A stretch of 63,551 nucleotides of DNA, the filler included, from Phoronis australis (Eukaryota; Animalia; Phoronida), in assembly GCA_002633005.1 (NCBI GenBank). It is 8 parts of 8 records of this genome, joined end to end, with 100 filler letters (N's around TTAATTAATTAA, not from the genome) between each part and the next. Parts side by side here need not be neighbours in the genome. Positions count along the whole stretch, not along the records: positions 32,055 to 48,938 come from NMRA01000341.1; positions 49,039 to 52,174 come from NMRA01003200.1; positions 52,275 to 58,430 come from NMRA01002216.1; 5 more parts are not named here. One strand, written 5' to 3'. The position numbers were made by a program, and so were the translations under genes. Below are positions 47,601 to 57,572 of this stretch, in pieces. The notes below the pieces were generated by a model. It searched no databases. It saw only the letters and a program-made list of their open reading frames with translations, and was not told the DNA's origin. Position 1 is the stretch's first letter, and every line of letters starts with the position of its first letter.

Positions 47601-48039
47601 TGAAAGCCTGATGGAGTGGCTTTTATCAACTGAAATCAGGATTTCTTTTAGTTTGAAGTTAGTGAATATTATACATTCTCTTCAATGTTGTATGATATTT
47701 CAGGATCCTGCACTCTCCCAGTGTGTCCCGGGTCATCCAGGCGACTGTGTGCATGGAAGAGCTGTCAAAAATGGCAATGGTAAGGCTTGACACAAATTGT
47801 TGCATGGCATGCTGTCACTTTTAAATGAAAGTACAAAATTCAAAGGTTGTGAAAGTTTTTGGGCTATTTGTGTCCTATTTCCTCCAATTATGATGTATTA
47901 TGTTGTTTTACTAACAAAATCTTCTTTGATTTTTTGAAGGTGTGGAGACAGGAAACTGTGTTAAGTCTGATTTCAATACCAGTCAGCATGTCTGTGAAAT
48001 ACATGCCTGGTGTCCAGTAGAAAAGGACATCACACCTGG
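32544..48039 (+). CDS. P2RX4: P2X purinoceptor (P2X4-like), spliced, 5' part: join(32544-32665,40761-40908,43300-43368,47704-47779,47940-48039)
   Basis: Five GT-AG exons join in frame: FEYDTAK (YxTxK motif), TM1, KGYQ, TKLKG (ATP-binding lysines), DVADYVIPPQ, AFFVMTN, TCPE, CEIHAWCPVE, six head-domain cysteines. The symbol is family-level only, since invertebrate P2X genes are not subtype orthologues. Exon 6 onward not found in the window. Confidence 0.95.
32705..33299. mobile_element. Diverged foldback MITE in P2X intron 1; related half copy at about 33570-33760
   Basis: TAGACAGTGACC..GGCTCAGTAGAGA(GA)CGGTGAAGCT at left versus AGCTTCACCGTCTCTACTGAGCC..GGTCACTGTCTA at right; palindromy continues inward. 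Confidence 0.8.
34000..35335 (-). mobile_element. Highly decayed LOA/R1-like LINE relic, interrupted by the Gypsy element (probably continues 38780-39100)
   Basis: Minus-strand translation of 34395-34201 is RAKRN*WRNFCQ*..AMAKLVQILKK..KDGSYTSSPGETLRAMLDNHYPGS, which resembles the pre-RT region of LOA/R1-clade ORF2. Outer boundaries approximate. Confidence 0.5.
35341..35518 (+). repeat. 5' LTR
   Basis: 178 bp, 2 mismatches versus the 3' LTR. Confidence 0.97.
35519..35530 (+). promoter_or_regulatory. Primer binding site, tRNA-Leu type
   Basis: TGGTGGCAGCGG directly after the LTR is complementary to the CCGCTGCCACCA 3' end typical of metazoan tRNA-Leu(AAG). Confidence 0.8.
35678..38443 (+). 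pseudogene. gag-pro-RT-RNaseH polyprotein with frameshifts; integrase absent
   Basis: ORF pieces 35489-37519, 37494-37955 and 37989-38486. After RNase H (..VQFSTERLQ) the sequence jumps to a pol C-terminal-type peptide RPARLIQEM* ending at 38443. Confidence 0.92.
38597..38774 (+). repeat. 3' LTR
   Basis: 178 bp, preceded by a polypurine tract. Confidence 0.97.
39603..40656. repeat. Tandem satellite, 9 units of 117 bp (units 5 and 8 are 114 bp)
   Basis: AATACTGT starts at 39603, 39720, 39837, 39954, 40071, 40185, 40302, 40419, 40533 and 40650. Confidence 0.97.
40761..40908 (+). CDS. P2RX4: P2X exon 2 (YAIVIKKGYQEFDDVVSGTNTKLKG...DVADYVIPPQ)
   Basis: 148 nt, tcttcag acceptor, CAG|GTAAGG donor. 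Confidence 0.95.
41652..42281. repeat. Minisatellite, about 12 units of 52 bp
   Basis: Unit CTGTAACACTAGGTCATAAGAAGCCA..GTCRGCCAGTAGTGGTTGA with diverged interiors. Confidence 0.93.
42815..43158 (+). mobile_element. RTE-clade LINE 3' fragment
   Basis: ..RW...E..R..YTCDKC then, across a frameshift, CRSKVGLFIHRRC (C2H-type C-terminal finger); 3' hairpin ATCCGT..CTCGAG..ACGGAT. Confidence 0.7.
43300..43368 (+). CDS. P2RX4: P2X exon 3 (EQGAFFVMTNFIETEQKQSTCPE)
   Basis: 69 nt, ttttattttag acceptor, GAG|GTCAGT donor. Confidence 0.95.
43693..43914 (+). repeat. Dispersed repeat copy B (probable DNA-transposon terminus GGGGCTATTCGGAGAATTCTCC)
   Basis: Reverse complement of 32055-32276 with only a few mismatches; element probably continues rightward. 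Confidence 0.9.
47704..47779 (+). CDS. P2RX4: P2X exon 4 (DPALSQCVPGHPGDCVHGRAVKNGN)
   Basis: 76 nt, tttcag acceptor, GTAAGG donor, phase 0/1. Confidence 0.92.
47940..48039 (+). CDS. P2RX4: P2X exon 5 (GVETGNCVKSDFNTSQHVCEIHAWCPVEKDITPG)
   Basis: 100 nt, CTAAC branch point at 47911, ttttgaag acceptor, GTAACT donor, phase 1/2. Confidence 0.94.
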
Positions 48040-48439
48040 GTAACTATTAACTTCATTTTTCCTAAATAATTAATCAACTTTATCTTTGCTATTTCCCAGT
48101 GCTACGATGGATAGACCTCCCCAAGAAAATTTAAAAAGTAGATGTAATTTCATTTGGTACATTTTACAAGCTTCATATTCACAGACAGGACCTCAACTTG
48201 AGCATGTGACTAAAACACGTATTGGTAGTATCTATGAGTAAAGGATTGTTCACAAGACATGTTAACATCGAAGTGTCATCGAATGTGTGATCTCTTTGTA
48301 TGGGGAGTTTTGTATCATTCTATTTTAATCGCCAATTAAAGTTGCGTTAAGAAGAGGACGTGCCAGGACTGAGCTTCAAACTACTCGTTAAAATTGAATT
48401 CTTTGGCTTTATGCACGTACATACAACGAAAAAAATGAA

Positions 48440-50890
48440 CGTTTGTAGAACCGATTAACTGGAATGGGAATATTTGTTAAAAATGATTTGTTTAAAATAT
48501 TTAAAATCGATATTGTTGACAAGTCGTGTGATGGTATATTAGCTTTAAGACTAACTCATATACGCTCAGACTATTGTATATTGTATTTTGTTGCTACTTA
48601 CCACCTGAGAATTCTTCAAGGGGTTGTGATGCGGATAGTTTCTATAGCCATCTATTATGCCAGTTATATTTACATGCAGAAATAGCAGATGACGTTGTTA
48701 TATGTGGAGATTTTAACTCGAGAGTGGGTAACTTGAATGATTACATTCCAGATGTTGATTGTCAAGTAAATAAACGAGTCGTAATTGATAAAGCTGTAAA
48801 TAGTCATGGTAGAAGTTTGATTGATTTTTTGTTAGGGTCTAAAACTTGCATAGTGAATGGTAGGAAAGAGATAAGTAAAGATAACTTCACCTCAATAAGT
48901 CATAGAGGAAGAGCGGTTGTAGATTACTTTATGGTCCCNNNNNNNNNNNNNNNNNNNNNNNNNNNNNNNNNNNNNNNNNNNNTTAATTAATTAANNNNNN
49001 NNNNNNNNNNNNNNNNNNNNNNNNNNNNNNNNNNNNNNGATTTAGTAACTCTATCGATGTGTTTGGGACTAATGCGATGTTTCATGACCCACAATGCTTC
49101 ACTCTTTGTTTATACTGTCAGCTGCTATTAATCATGGCAACCAACATGTTTATATAGTGTACATAATTAATACAAACGGGGGTTTTAAACAATGACTTGA
49201 TTCAACGTCGGACGCAAAGATTTATTTTCCACACAAATACATCAGGGAAAGCCCTGTCGTCAATTATTCAAACAAGAAAGTCGTCTAACCTTTCTACATT
49301 TGTGACATTTGTGGACATGAAAAAAGCTTTTGACTGGACAAACTGTGAAGTTCAGTTTTATAAATCACTGCAAGATAATACTAATGGTAGAATGTACGAT
49401 GCAATTCGTATGATTTACAGAAGTCCGTTGCACTGTATACGATTAAACCGGCACTATGTATATTGGTTGATTCACTCCTGAAAATGGTGTCCGTCAGGGG
49501 GACATTTATCAGCGACACTCTTTGCATTATATATAAATGACTTAGTTCTGGATATTAAAAAATTGGGTAAAGGTGTCCAATGTGGCCCGAACAATATTTC
49601 AGTGCTTCTTTATGCCGACGATATTGCACTTTTGTCTGAGAATGAAAATGACATGCAAGATATGTTGAAGGTTTCAAACAACTGGTGTAAAAAGTGGAGA
49701 ATGGTTGTGAACATGGCAAAAACTAATGTTGTCCATTTTCGAGCTAAGTCTATGCCTACTTAGAAGCAATTTTGAATTTATTTTGAACTGTGTCATCAGT
49801 TATAAATCCTCATACAAATATTTAGGCTCTATTCTGGATCAACACCTTGACTTCAAAGAAAATTTGAATACGTCATCTGAAGCTTCTGGTAGAGAAGATA
49901 TGCTCAACATTCCGTGATAACACGAATCTATAGGATTCGGACGTTTAAAACATTATTTAATTCCTGTGTGGCACCAATTTTAGATTACGGGTCATCTGTT
50001 TGGGGTTACAAAAATTTTGGTAATGATGAAAATATTCAAAACAGAGCTATGCGTTTTTATTTAGGGGTCAACCGATTTACAGCCACTCATGCTGTTAGTG
50101 GCGATATGGGGTGGGACTCCACCGGAAATAGATTTAACTTGAATATGCTGCGTCTTTGGGACAAACTAGTAACCACAGGTGGTGATAGGTTACTGAAGAA
50201 GGTATTTCTATGGGAGTACTCTCTTGGCAGAAAGGGCTGGATAGACGGAATCAAAAATTTGTTTAACATAACTGGCATGCAACTATGTTTTCAAAATTTG
50301 ACTACTTGTAACGTAGTAAACGCTAGAAACAAACTATTTGAATACGCGAAACATGCTTTGGGCTGAGTCTGTTGTAACAAAACCCAAGTTAAGAACCTAC
50401 ATTTTATTTAAGCACGAGTTTGTAACTGACCCGTATGTAAAGATTAATTTATCTCGTTCCGAGCGGTCTCTTCTGGCTCAACTTAGAGCTGGAAATCTCC
50501 AATTGCACTTGGAAACTGGTCGTTATGTAAGCACTTCTGTAAGTGAAAGACTTTGCTTGTGTTGTGATTCTGGTTTTGTAGAGGATGAGCTTGTGTTTGA
50601 TTGTTCTCTTTATAGCTCATGGAGGTCTCTTCTGTTTAATAATGTTTCACTTCAAATCCCGAACTTTCAGATTTCAGAAGATTAGATACGTTAAAACTGC
50701 TATTTCAGTAATTGAACTTAGAGACCGACGCATTTATGGTAGACTTACATCTGAAATCATTGTGTGTGTGGTTAAAGTGACTAATAAGCCCAACAGGGCT
50801 GGGTACTTATCTTTCTTACAAATGTTATACCTATAACTGTTTGATGTAATTGTACTTGTCTTTATAATAAATAAATACTACTACTACTAC
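48440..50890 (+). mobile_element. Degenerate LINE (RTE-X-like) spanning a gap, with (TAC)n tail
   Basis: CYLPP, CGDFNSRVG, NSHGRSL, VVDY (APE); FVDMKKAFD, GVRQG, LLYADD, YKYLG (RT); L.LETGRY..R.C..C...EDE C-terminus; AATAAA then TACTACTACTACTAC. Confidence 0.88.
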
Positions 50891-52427
50891 TTCATGATCT
50901 CTCGTGACCTGTGGCCTATTTTACACCGTCCGTGTGACGTCAGCCGCAGCGGAATGTAGGTCAAGGTGCTCGGTCAAGATTCTCCTTTCTGCGTGCTTCA
51001 GTAGCAATCAGCTCACTGGTTCCCTACGTGCCTCGCCAGCACGCAGGTATCACGCCGTGGCACGCCGATGTAACCTCAGCAGTCATTGGTTAGCTTTACA
51101 ACACCGTGAAAAAAATGGCGGACTGAACGATTTTTAGCCTTGTCATGCAAGTGGGGGCGCAGCCGTGAACAGTATTTCGTTTCTGCAGTGATGTTTAATA
51201 GACGCGTGCTTGAAGCACAGTGTATAATAAACACATTATCTGGCCGATTTAACCGGTGTGTTATTCATACAGTATGAATACAGGACAGTATCGTAAACAA
51301 AAGTCATCGACAGTAGAAACATGCGCAACCATTCACATTTCCTGAACATAAATTTTAACGGCACCGATTTGTCTGTACAACAGACCACATATACACAGTT
51401 TGTTTGCTTAAAGCGCTGCCTGTTGAGAATTCGACTAGCCAATCAGAAATGCCGGTGTAAAAAACTTATCCCTAGGAAAATTAATACCAGCGTTCTGGCT
51501 ACTGACCACATAGCGGCATGCAGGGAACCAGCGAGAGCAGTCAGCCGAGCGCCCATTAGCGATAACTAAATGAGAAACCATGTGATTGATGGGAAGGGCC
51601 ATCTGTTTCTGGTAAAGGTTTTGAATGTGCGGGTACCTTTTGCGATGTAGACACGAGTAACTCATTTTGGTTTTAACAGCTAGCCATTATCCCGTCACGG
51701 TGACGCACAATCCCTTTATTTGGTTAGGGAGGTGCCGTTGGACATCTAAATCAGTTGGCGAACATTTTTATACCATGCAATTCTATGCTTTAAAAGTTCG
51801 TTCTGGGTTTGTCAGTCTCTGGGTAAACAAGATACACCTGAGATAGTTTTCAAAGTTCGTCATTGCCAATACGCTTGCAATATTGTCTAAAATTATGGTC
51901 CTTAGATCACTATACTGTTAATTTCAAGTTTGACAGTATCGTTGGATTTTGCTGTGGCTCAGGAACTCATATGTAGGCACCGAACAGACTGATGAACTGT
52001 TGAAATTATTATTTTTTTAGTTGAGTAGACAAGCTTTTGTAATGTATAAGTTGATTTGTTGTGTTGCGTATCGTTTAATTCAAAGTAAATATTGAGTGTG
52101 GCAGTAACTGTAACAGGGATTTTTAAATCTTTTAAAAAAGACGTACTTTTTGTTTCAACAAAATTTAAATTGNCNNNNNNNNNNNNNNNNNNNNNNNNNN
52201 NNNNNNNNNNNNNNNNNNTTAATTAATTAANNNNNNNNNNNNNNNNNNNNNNNNNNNNNNNNNNNNNNNNNNNNGGGTTGGTCGCTGACTCAGCTAACAG
52301 CCAAAACAAGTTTCTATAAACAAAAACAATTGGCTAGCAAAGAAATAATACCAATAAGTAATAACACTATAAAACTAATGTGCTAAGAATTATATGTATC
52401 ATGAATGTCACAGATTTCATGACAACA

Positions 52428-52681
52428 TATATTTGGTATGGATAAGTAGAATATTGCGTAAGGAAACAGTTGATGATGATCCCTGTGCATTTTGAAAAAA
52501 AAATTCGAGGTAAAATTGGATTTTTTGAAAATTAAAAAATACGATTTTTAAAAAAACGAACTACAAAAAAAAACTTTTTTTCGTTTTTTGTCACTTTCAC
52601 AGTCATGTCTAACTATTTAAAACTCCCTTTTTACTCATTTTAGTTAGGAACATGGAGATTTGATCAGTGTATACACTTATC
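52428..52681. mobile_element. Second copy of the TTAA-ended element seen at 1-426
   Basis: Direct repeat of about 170-426, followed by TTAA (52682-52685). Confidence 0.75.
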
Positions 52682-55631
52682 TTAAAACCAAATAGATATT
52701 GAAACAAAATAGGACTAAAGTGAATTTATTAGATAATTTTCATTTTAAGCAACTACTCTAGCTTACTACATAGCTTATCATGCTAACTAGCTTCCACCGT
52801 AAAAATAGCATCTGTCAATGTAGGTTACCACTGGTTACTGAGTTTAATGTCCAAGTCAAAGCATCCCGACCATACGTTAATCGCATTCAAACTGGAGATC
52901 GATGATTTTCAGAGAAAATGAGAGATAAATTTTACTGAATTAAAGACATCATTTCTATTGAAATTTTGCGTATTACTTTTCATAGCGTATAAATTTCGGT
53001 ATAATGCTGTTTGTTGAACATGCAATTGTTGCCCTTGGTCATTTAAAGTCCTTCTCTCAAACTGCCCATGTGGTTCCAGTATCCGAAAATACTTACTACA
53101 TAAAATCTTATTTTCGACACCCTTTCTTTATATTCTTTTCGCCTTTCTTGCCAAAAGCGATTTTTGAACAGCATTTGACCCTTCTTTCTGTGCGTATGAT
53201 TACCGGTTTCCGTACCCACATTTCCGGCTCAACAGTTCAGGAACTTGTCCTGAACGCCGCCATTTTTTCCTTGTAACTGAATGTGCTATCGCTTGCTCGA
53301 AAAGTCTTCATTATTTTGTTTTATTNGTAATATATCGTGATTCATTTGCATATGTAGTGTATTTATAGTTTGTAGTTAGTGGTCGTTGATTTTTTTTGGA
53401 ATGTTATGCGTACTTAGTATGTTAAAATAACATTGGTGCTAAGTTCCTTACGTAGGTGGGTCGAACCTAGGAACCAATATGGGTCGAACCAATTTTTTTT
53501 GGTTTTATTTTTTTCCTCGTTTTGAAAAAGTACTTCGCTATCATCGGAAAGGTAGTACATTCTACTCAGTAAAAATCGAAAAAGTATCAAAATCGGGGCA
53601 AGCACTGTAAAGTTATTGCAAGTTTTGTGGCGAAATTTGGGTCACTTTGTTTGGATCGCGTCGGCCATATTGGAGGACAGCTGGCACCTGCAATGTCGAC
53701 TTTTGCTGAACTGAAAGGCATGTTCAATCGGCTACTTTGTAATTTGTGAAGATTTAACGTTGATACATTTTGACAAACGTTGATACAAAAAAGAAACTTT
53801 GTTCAATTTTCCTGTTTTTTGAGTTTGTGACCAGCGACCAGTTAGGCCTAAGGGTAGTCTTGGCGCAAAGCTGTATAGGCCAACTAACAAGCTATATTTT
53901 GACTCTTCACTGGTAGCTGGTGACTGAGGCTAACTAAGGTCTGTCGCGGCAGTGTGACACAGGACTAACCAGACCGTAATTTCATGCAAGTGTCTGAGAC
54001 TACCCTTAAATATATGCAGCATTTATCATTTGACCATTTTACTTCGACAAAACAGCTTGCAACCGCATGCCTTTACCGTTCGCCAGTGTCTGGTCTCGAT
54101 CCGCACCGGGTCCGATTGGCTACGGTCCCGAGTCTGGCAAAATATTTTCTGTCAAAATTTATTTGCCGCATTTCTTCAGCAAATTCCATAAAATTGTCCG
54201 TAGTTTGATTTTATCAAAATTAAGGCGCGCTGTCGATTTTTTTATCCCCATTTGCTGGCTGGTAACAGTACAGGCACTGCTCCAGTCGCACTGACGGCGT
54301 TTTCTCGGCCTGGGTTCCTGAATGAATTGTACACTCCGAAACCCTATAGTCGTCCGCCTAAGCATAAAACCGGCTTGTTGTCTTACTCACCCAATTATTC
54401 CACTTCAAAGTTATGATCTGAATAGGACTTGATTTAACTCTCACAAATNTTCTTGGATCCTTATAACGTCTTCTAAGCATGTAATAAGGGTTAACAATGC
54501 GTGAGAGGACTTTAAAATACTACAGGAACTACACAGACGGGAGTCGGACAAGTTCCGCAAAAATTAGAACGATCTGTTCATGATGTAAACCCAGACGGGA
54601 GCCGAACGCTTGCTTGTCCCTGAAAAAACGTCGCCTGGCCGATTTTGGGTGTTTCGGCAGACATTTGCCCAGTTGTCGTGACTTTTCAATTTCAATACCT
54701 CATTGTCTCATCTTCCAACTAATGCCAACTATGCATCTATTCATTATACCACATACTGGGCTTGGTCGTTTTGGCGACCTCGTTTTCCGCTTGGCGACAT
54801 GGGAATTCTTCCCGTCATATTTGGTGAGTTGACCTTATGTTTTTTTCTCAATCCAGGTGATGAGCCACTAATCACTGAAATTTAATCAATCTTAACCCAG
54901 AGGCAATAACGCTAAATTATCTCTTAATTATCTCGGTCAAACACCATCAGACCCTTATCCTGATTTACTGCACTGTGCAACTAAATGTCATCCCTCATTT
55001 CAACTTCAAACTTTCAGATGTCCAAGACAACCTTATGGCAACAATTGTTTACTAGGCCTACTGGCTGTCAGAAATGAATTTAGTGACTAGCAGAATATTT
55101 TAAACAAGTCTGCATGGAACAAACTGTTTACAAGAGGTAATCCAGCCACTGAGTGTTTACAATACAGCTAGTGTTTATATAGCCTGGAGGCACTAAGCAC
55201 ACATATGTAGTAGCAGACAGTGGAGAGTTACAAATAGACACCTTCAGGTTACAAGTAGTTATATTCTTGTCAACTAATGGACCAAGTTCAATCAAGATGA
55301 CATGCAAGTTAGAATCATGTACAAGGCATTCACAACACATAAGATGTGACAATGTGGAACAGGGCAACGGCAGTTATGAAGTCTGATATAACGTGCCCAT
55401 ATTTTGAGAACCAGTTTGATACCATTTATTCAGAGGAGAAAACTGGTTCTCAAAATTCGGGCACATCATATTCGAGCATTACTCAGGGCAGCAGCATCAA
55501 AATCTCACAAATTTAGTGCACACTATGGCGGACAAGTGATTTTTGTTTTCCTTTTTCATGAGAAGCCACATTTTCGAGGTCCAGGCTGTCGCTATACCAT
55601 CGAATGATTAAAAAATTCATGAAACATTTAA

Positions 55632-55789
55632 AGGCGAAGGCAACCTTTTTCCATGTCATTTTGAGCTAAAATAAGGTTGGTTGGTTATCCTAGACATATT
55701 TTTCACTTAATTACAGCTTTTCGTAATTTTATTAATTACTCGTCCGCTTTTCCGGAAGTGACGTTTTAGGAGGCAAGCGCTTCCCGCCA
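55632..55789 (+). repeat. Left TIR of Kolobok element
   Basis: Reverse complement of 57415-57572 with about 4 mismatches. Confidence 0.95.
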
Positions 55790-55965
55790 CTTGGTTTTGC
55801 GTTGAGCTTACTGTGCGAATCTGTTCTATTCTACTTTTGTTTTGTGCTATTTTTCACCAATTGTCGCCACCACTTTCCATCGGCGAGTATTCTGCGGCAA
55901 GATAGGTTAGTAGAGAACTCAACTGCGTTGGATTTAGGGATTGTTTAGTGTGTTGTAAGCTGAAA

Positions 55966-56277
55966 ATGGCTGGAGTCGGTGACCCGTATCACAGTGACAG
56001 TAGTGTGAGTGACGGAGACCTTGTTCACAGCAGTGGTGACGAGGAATTTTTTCACGGACATTCAGTGGGTGGGTACATGTTTGAGCCCGAGTACAACGAG
56101 GCAGAGTACACACAGGCACAGGCAGCTGTTGAGAGAAACGAGGCGGCTACTGAAGACAGACGTGGTGACACATCTTGGTGCAAATGCACTGTGTGCGTTG
56201 TTATGCCTACCTCAATTGAATGCTTGTGCTGTTCCGAGTTCCACATCAATTATCTTTTTGGTCTCTTCCTCCATTAG
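55966..56277 (+). CDS. KolX-like protein, N-terminal half (P2X7 cytoplasmic ballast / Zn-cysteine domain-like), truncated at about 56241
   Basis: Acidic leader, YMFEPE, then WCKCTVCVVMPTSIECLCCSE matching the WCxCxxC..M....E.LCC.E motif. Residues after EF are read-through into antisense transposase sequence. Confidence 0.82.
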   Translation: MAGVGDPYHSDSSVSDGDLVHSSGDEEFFHGHSVGGYMFEPEYNEAEYTQAQAAVERNEAATEDRRGDTSWCKCTVCVVMPTSIECLCCSEFHINYLFGLFLH

Positions 56278-57307
56278 AGTGTATGTGGTATACTTGGCGG
56301 ACCGCCCTGGTGAGTCAGACAAGTTCTCCTTCTCCATGAATTCCGCCACCAACTCGAGATGTTGTGACATGTATGCGTCATTGACAACTGGTATTAAATA
56401 GGAATTCTGAATGTTGTTGAATGTTGTTTTCGAAAAAAAACTTGACTTTTCCAAAGTCCATCATTGTCTTCACCGACTGAAACGTGTTTCCAGTGAAGAG
56501 CACACCACTGGACATGGTTAAGTGGACCTCCGGCATACCACGGACAGAGGAACAACTGTCCCACTTGCCAGAGTGTCCCGTGACACACTCCCACTGGATG
56601 GTGACCTGAGCACCCAAACTGCTTACATTGTGTCGTGTGACTCCCTCGCCACACACCTGGCACCTTCTAAATAGCTCCAACACTTTAGACAAGTCCACAA
56701 TAAACTTATCAAAGTTTGGCTCACCGATCTGTTCACTGGACGACGAACTGTCCTCTTCACTGGGTGTCGAACTGGGCCTGTAATCACTCCCACTACTCAA
56801 TATCGCTGCAGGGCTGCTTAGAGGCTCTGGGCTGGAGAAAACAGCACAGGGCGAATCACTACTGGTTCCAGGAATTGCACGCTCTGGGGTACGTTCGGAG
56901 GCACGGGTGACAGTAGATGAAGTGCCTCCACTGGCTCCAGTCACTGTACTGGCCACAGCTCGCGAGGCTTCTCGCTTCAAAAACGCACTTCTCGGGGGTG
57001 GCGACGGGGCACTGCCGGGAATCAACACAGACGGAATGGCATCCTTCTTCAAGCGTTGTTTCGCGGGGACCTTCATCAGTTCAGCGTACAAATCCCTTTC
57101 GTAATCGGACGGCAGAAAGTGCTTGCCACACACACGGTAATTCTCCACTGCTTTGTACGTTGCGTGGACGGGTAACGCTGCGTTCTTCACACGAACGAGC
57201 CAAGTACGGCGAAGTGTGTCATCCATCGGAAAGCGATGCAAAGGCACTCCCAAAGCGCGCGTGAGCCGATAATTACTACATCCCGGTACGCAGCAACAGT
57301 GTGGCAT
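56237..57307 (-). pseudogene. Kolobok transposase, 3'-truncated: THAP domain, CxxC..C..GH finger, start of catalytic domain
   Basis: THAP (CCVPGC..LHRFP..W..VCGKHF..LKKDAIPSV); CQVC...CVTGH...W. After a one-base shift in the A8 run near 56433-56440 it continues FFSKTTFNNIQNSYLIP..DSPGRSAKYTTYTLMEEETKKIIDVEL. Confidence 0.88.
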
Positions 57308-57414
57308 GTTGACTGACTAGTAAATGAAAGCGAACGACGACGGAACTTAACACAACCGAGGTAGAACAATGACTGACTCGGCAGCTCTCACAGCCAGACT
57401 ATGTGAAAAGAAAT

Positions 57415-57572
57415 TGGCGGGAAGCGCTTGCCTCCTAAAACGTCACTTCCGGAAAAGCGGACGAATAATTAATAAAATTACAAAAAGCTGTAATTAAGTG
57501 AAAAATATGTCTAAGATAACCAACCAACCTTATTTTAGCTCAAAATGACATGGAAAAAGGTTGCCTTCGCCT
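57415..57572 (-). repeat. Right TIR of Kolobok element
   Basis: Reverse complement of 55632-55789. Confidence 0.95.

Larger units (their letters stand above)
55632..57572 (-). mobile_element. Kolobok DNA transposon, internally deleted (1941 bp)
   Basis: TTAA TSD (55628-55631, 57573-57576), 158-bp near-perfect TIRs starting AGGCGAAGG, THAP transposase on minus and KolX-like ORF on plus in convergent orientation. Confidence 0.9.

Noticed and set aside
526-48039. MDM2-P2X linkage as conserved synteny with human chromosome 12
   Set aside because: Human MDM2 (12q15) and P2RX4/P2RX7 (12q24) are far apart; one adjacency across several gaps is not evidence
55948-56277. Reading this ORF as a genuine P2X7 C-terminal exon of the host P2X gene
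   Set aside because: It lies between transposon TIRs, is truncated, and precedes the still-missing ectodomain/TM2 exons
56378-57307. Host THAP-domain transcription factor, P element or piggyBac
   Set aside because: TIRs, TTAA TSD, AG termini, the DSPGxSAKY motif and a convergent KolX ORF identify Kolobok
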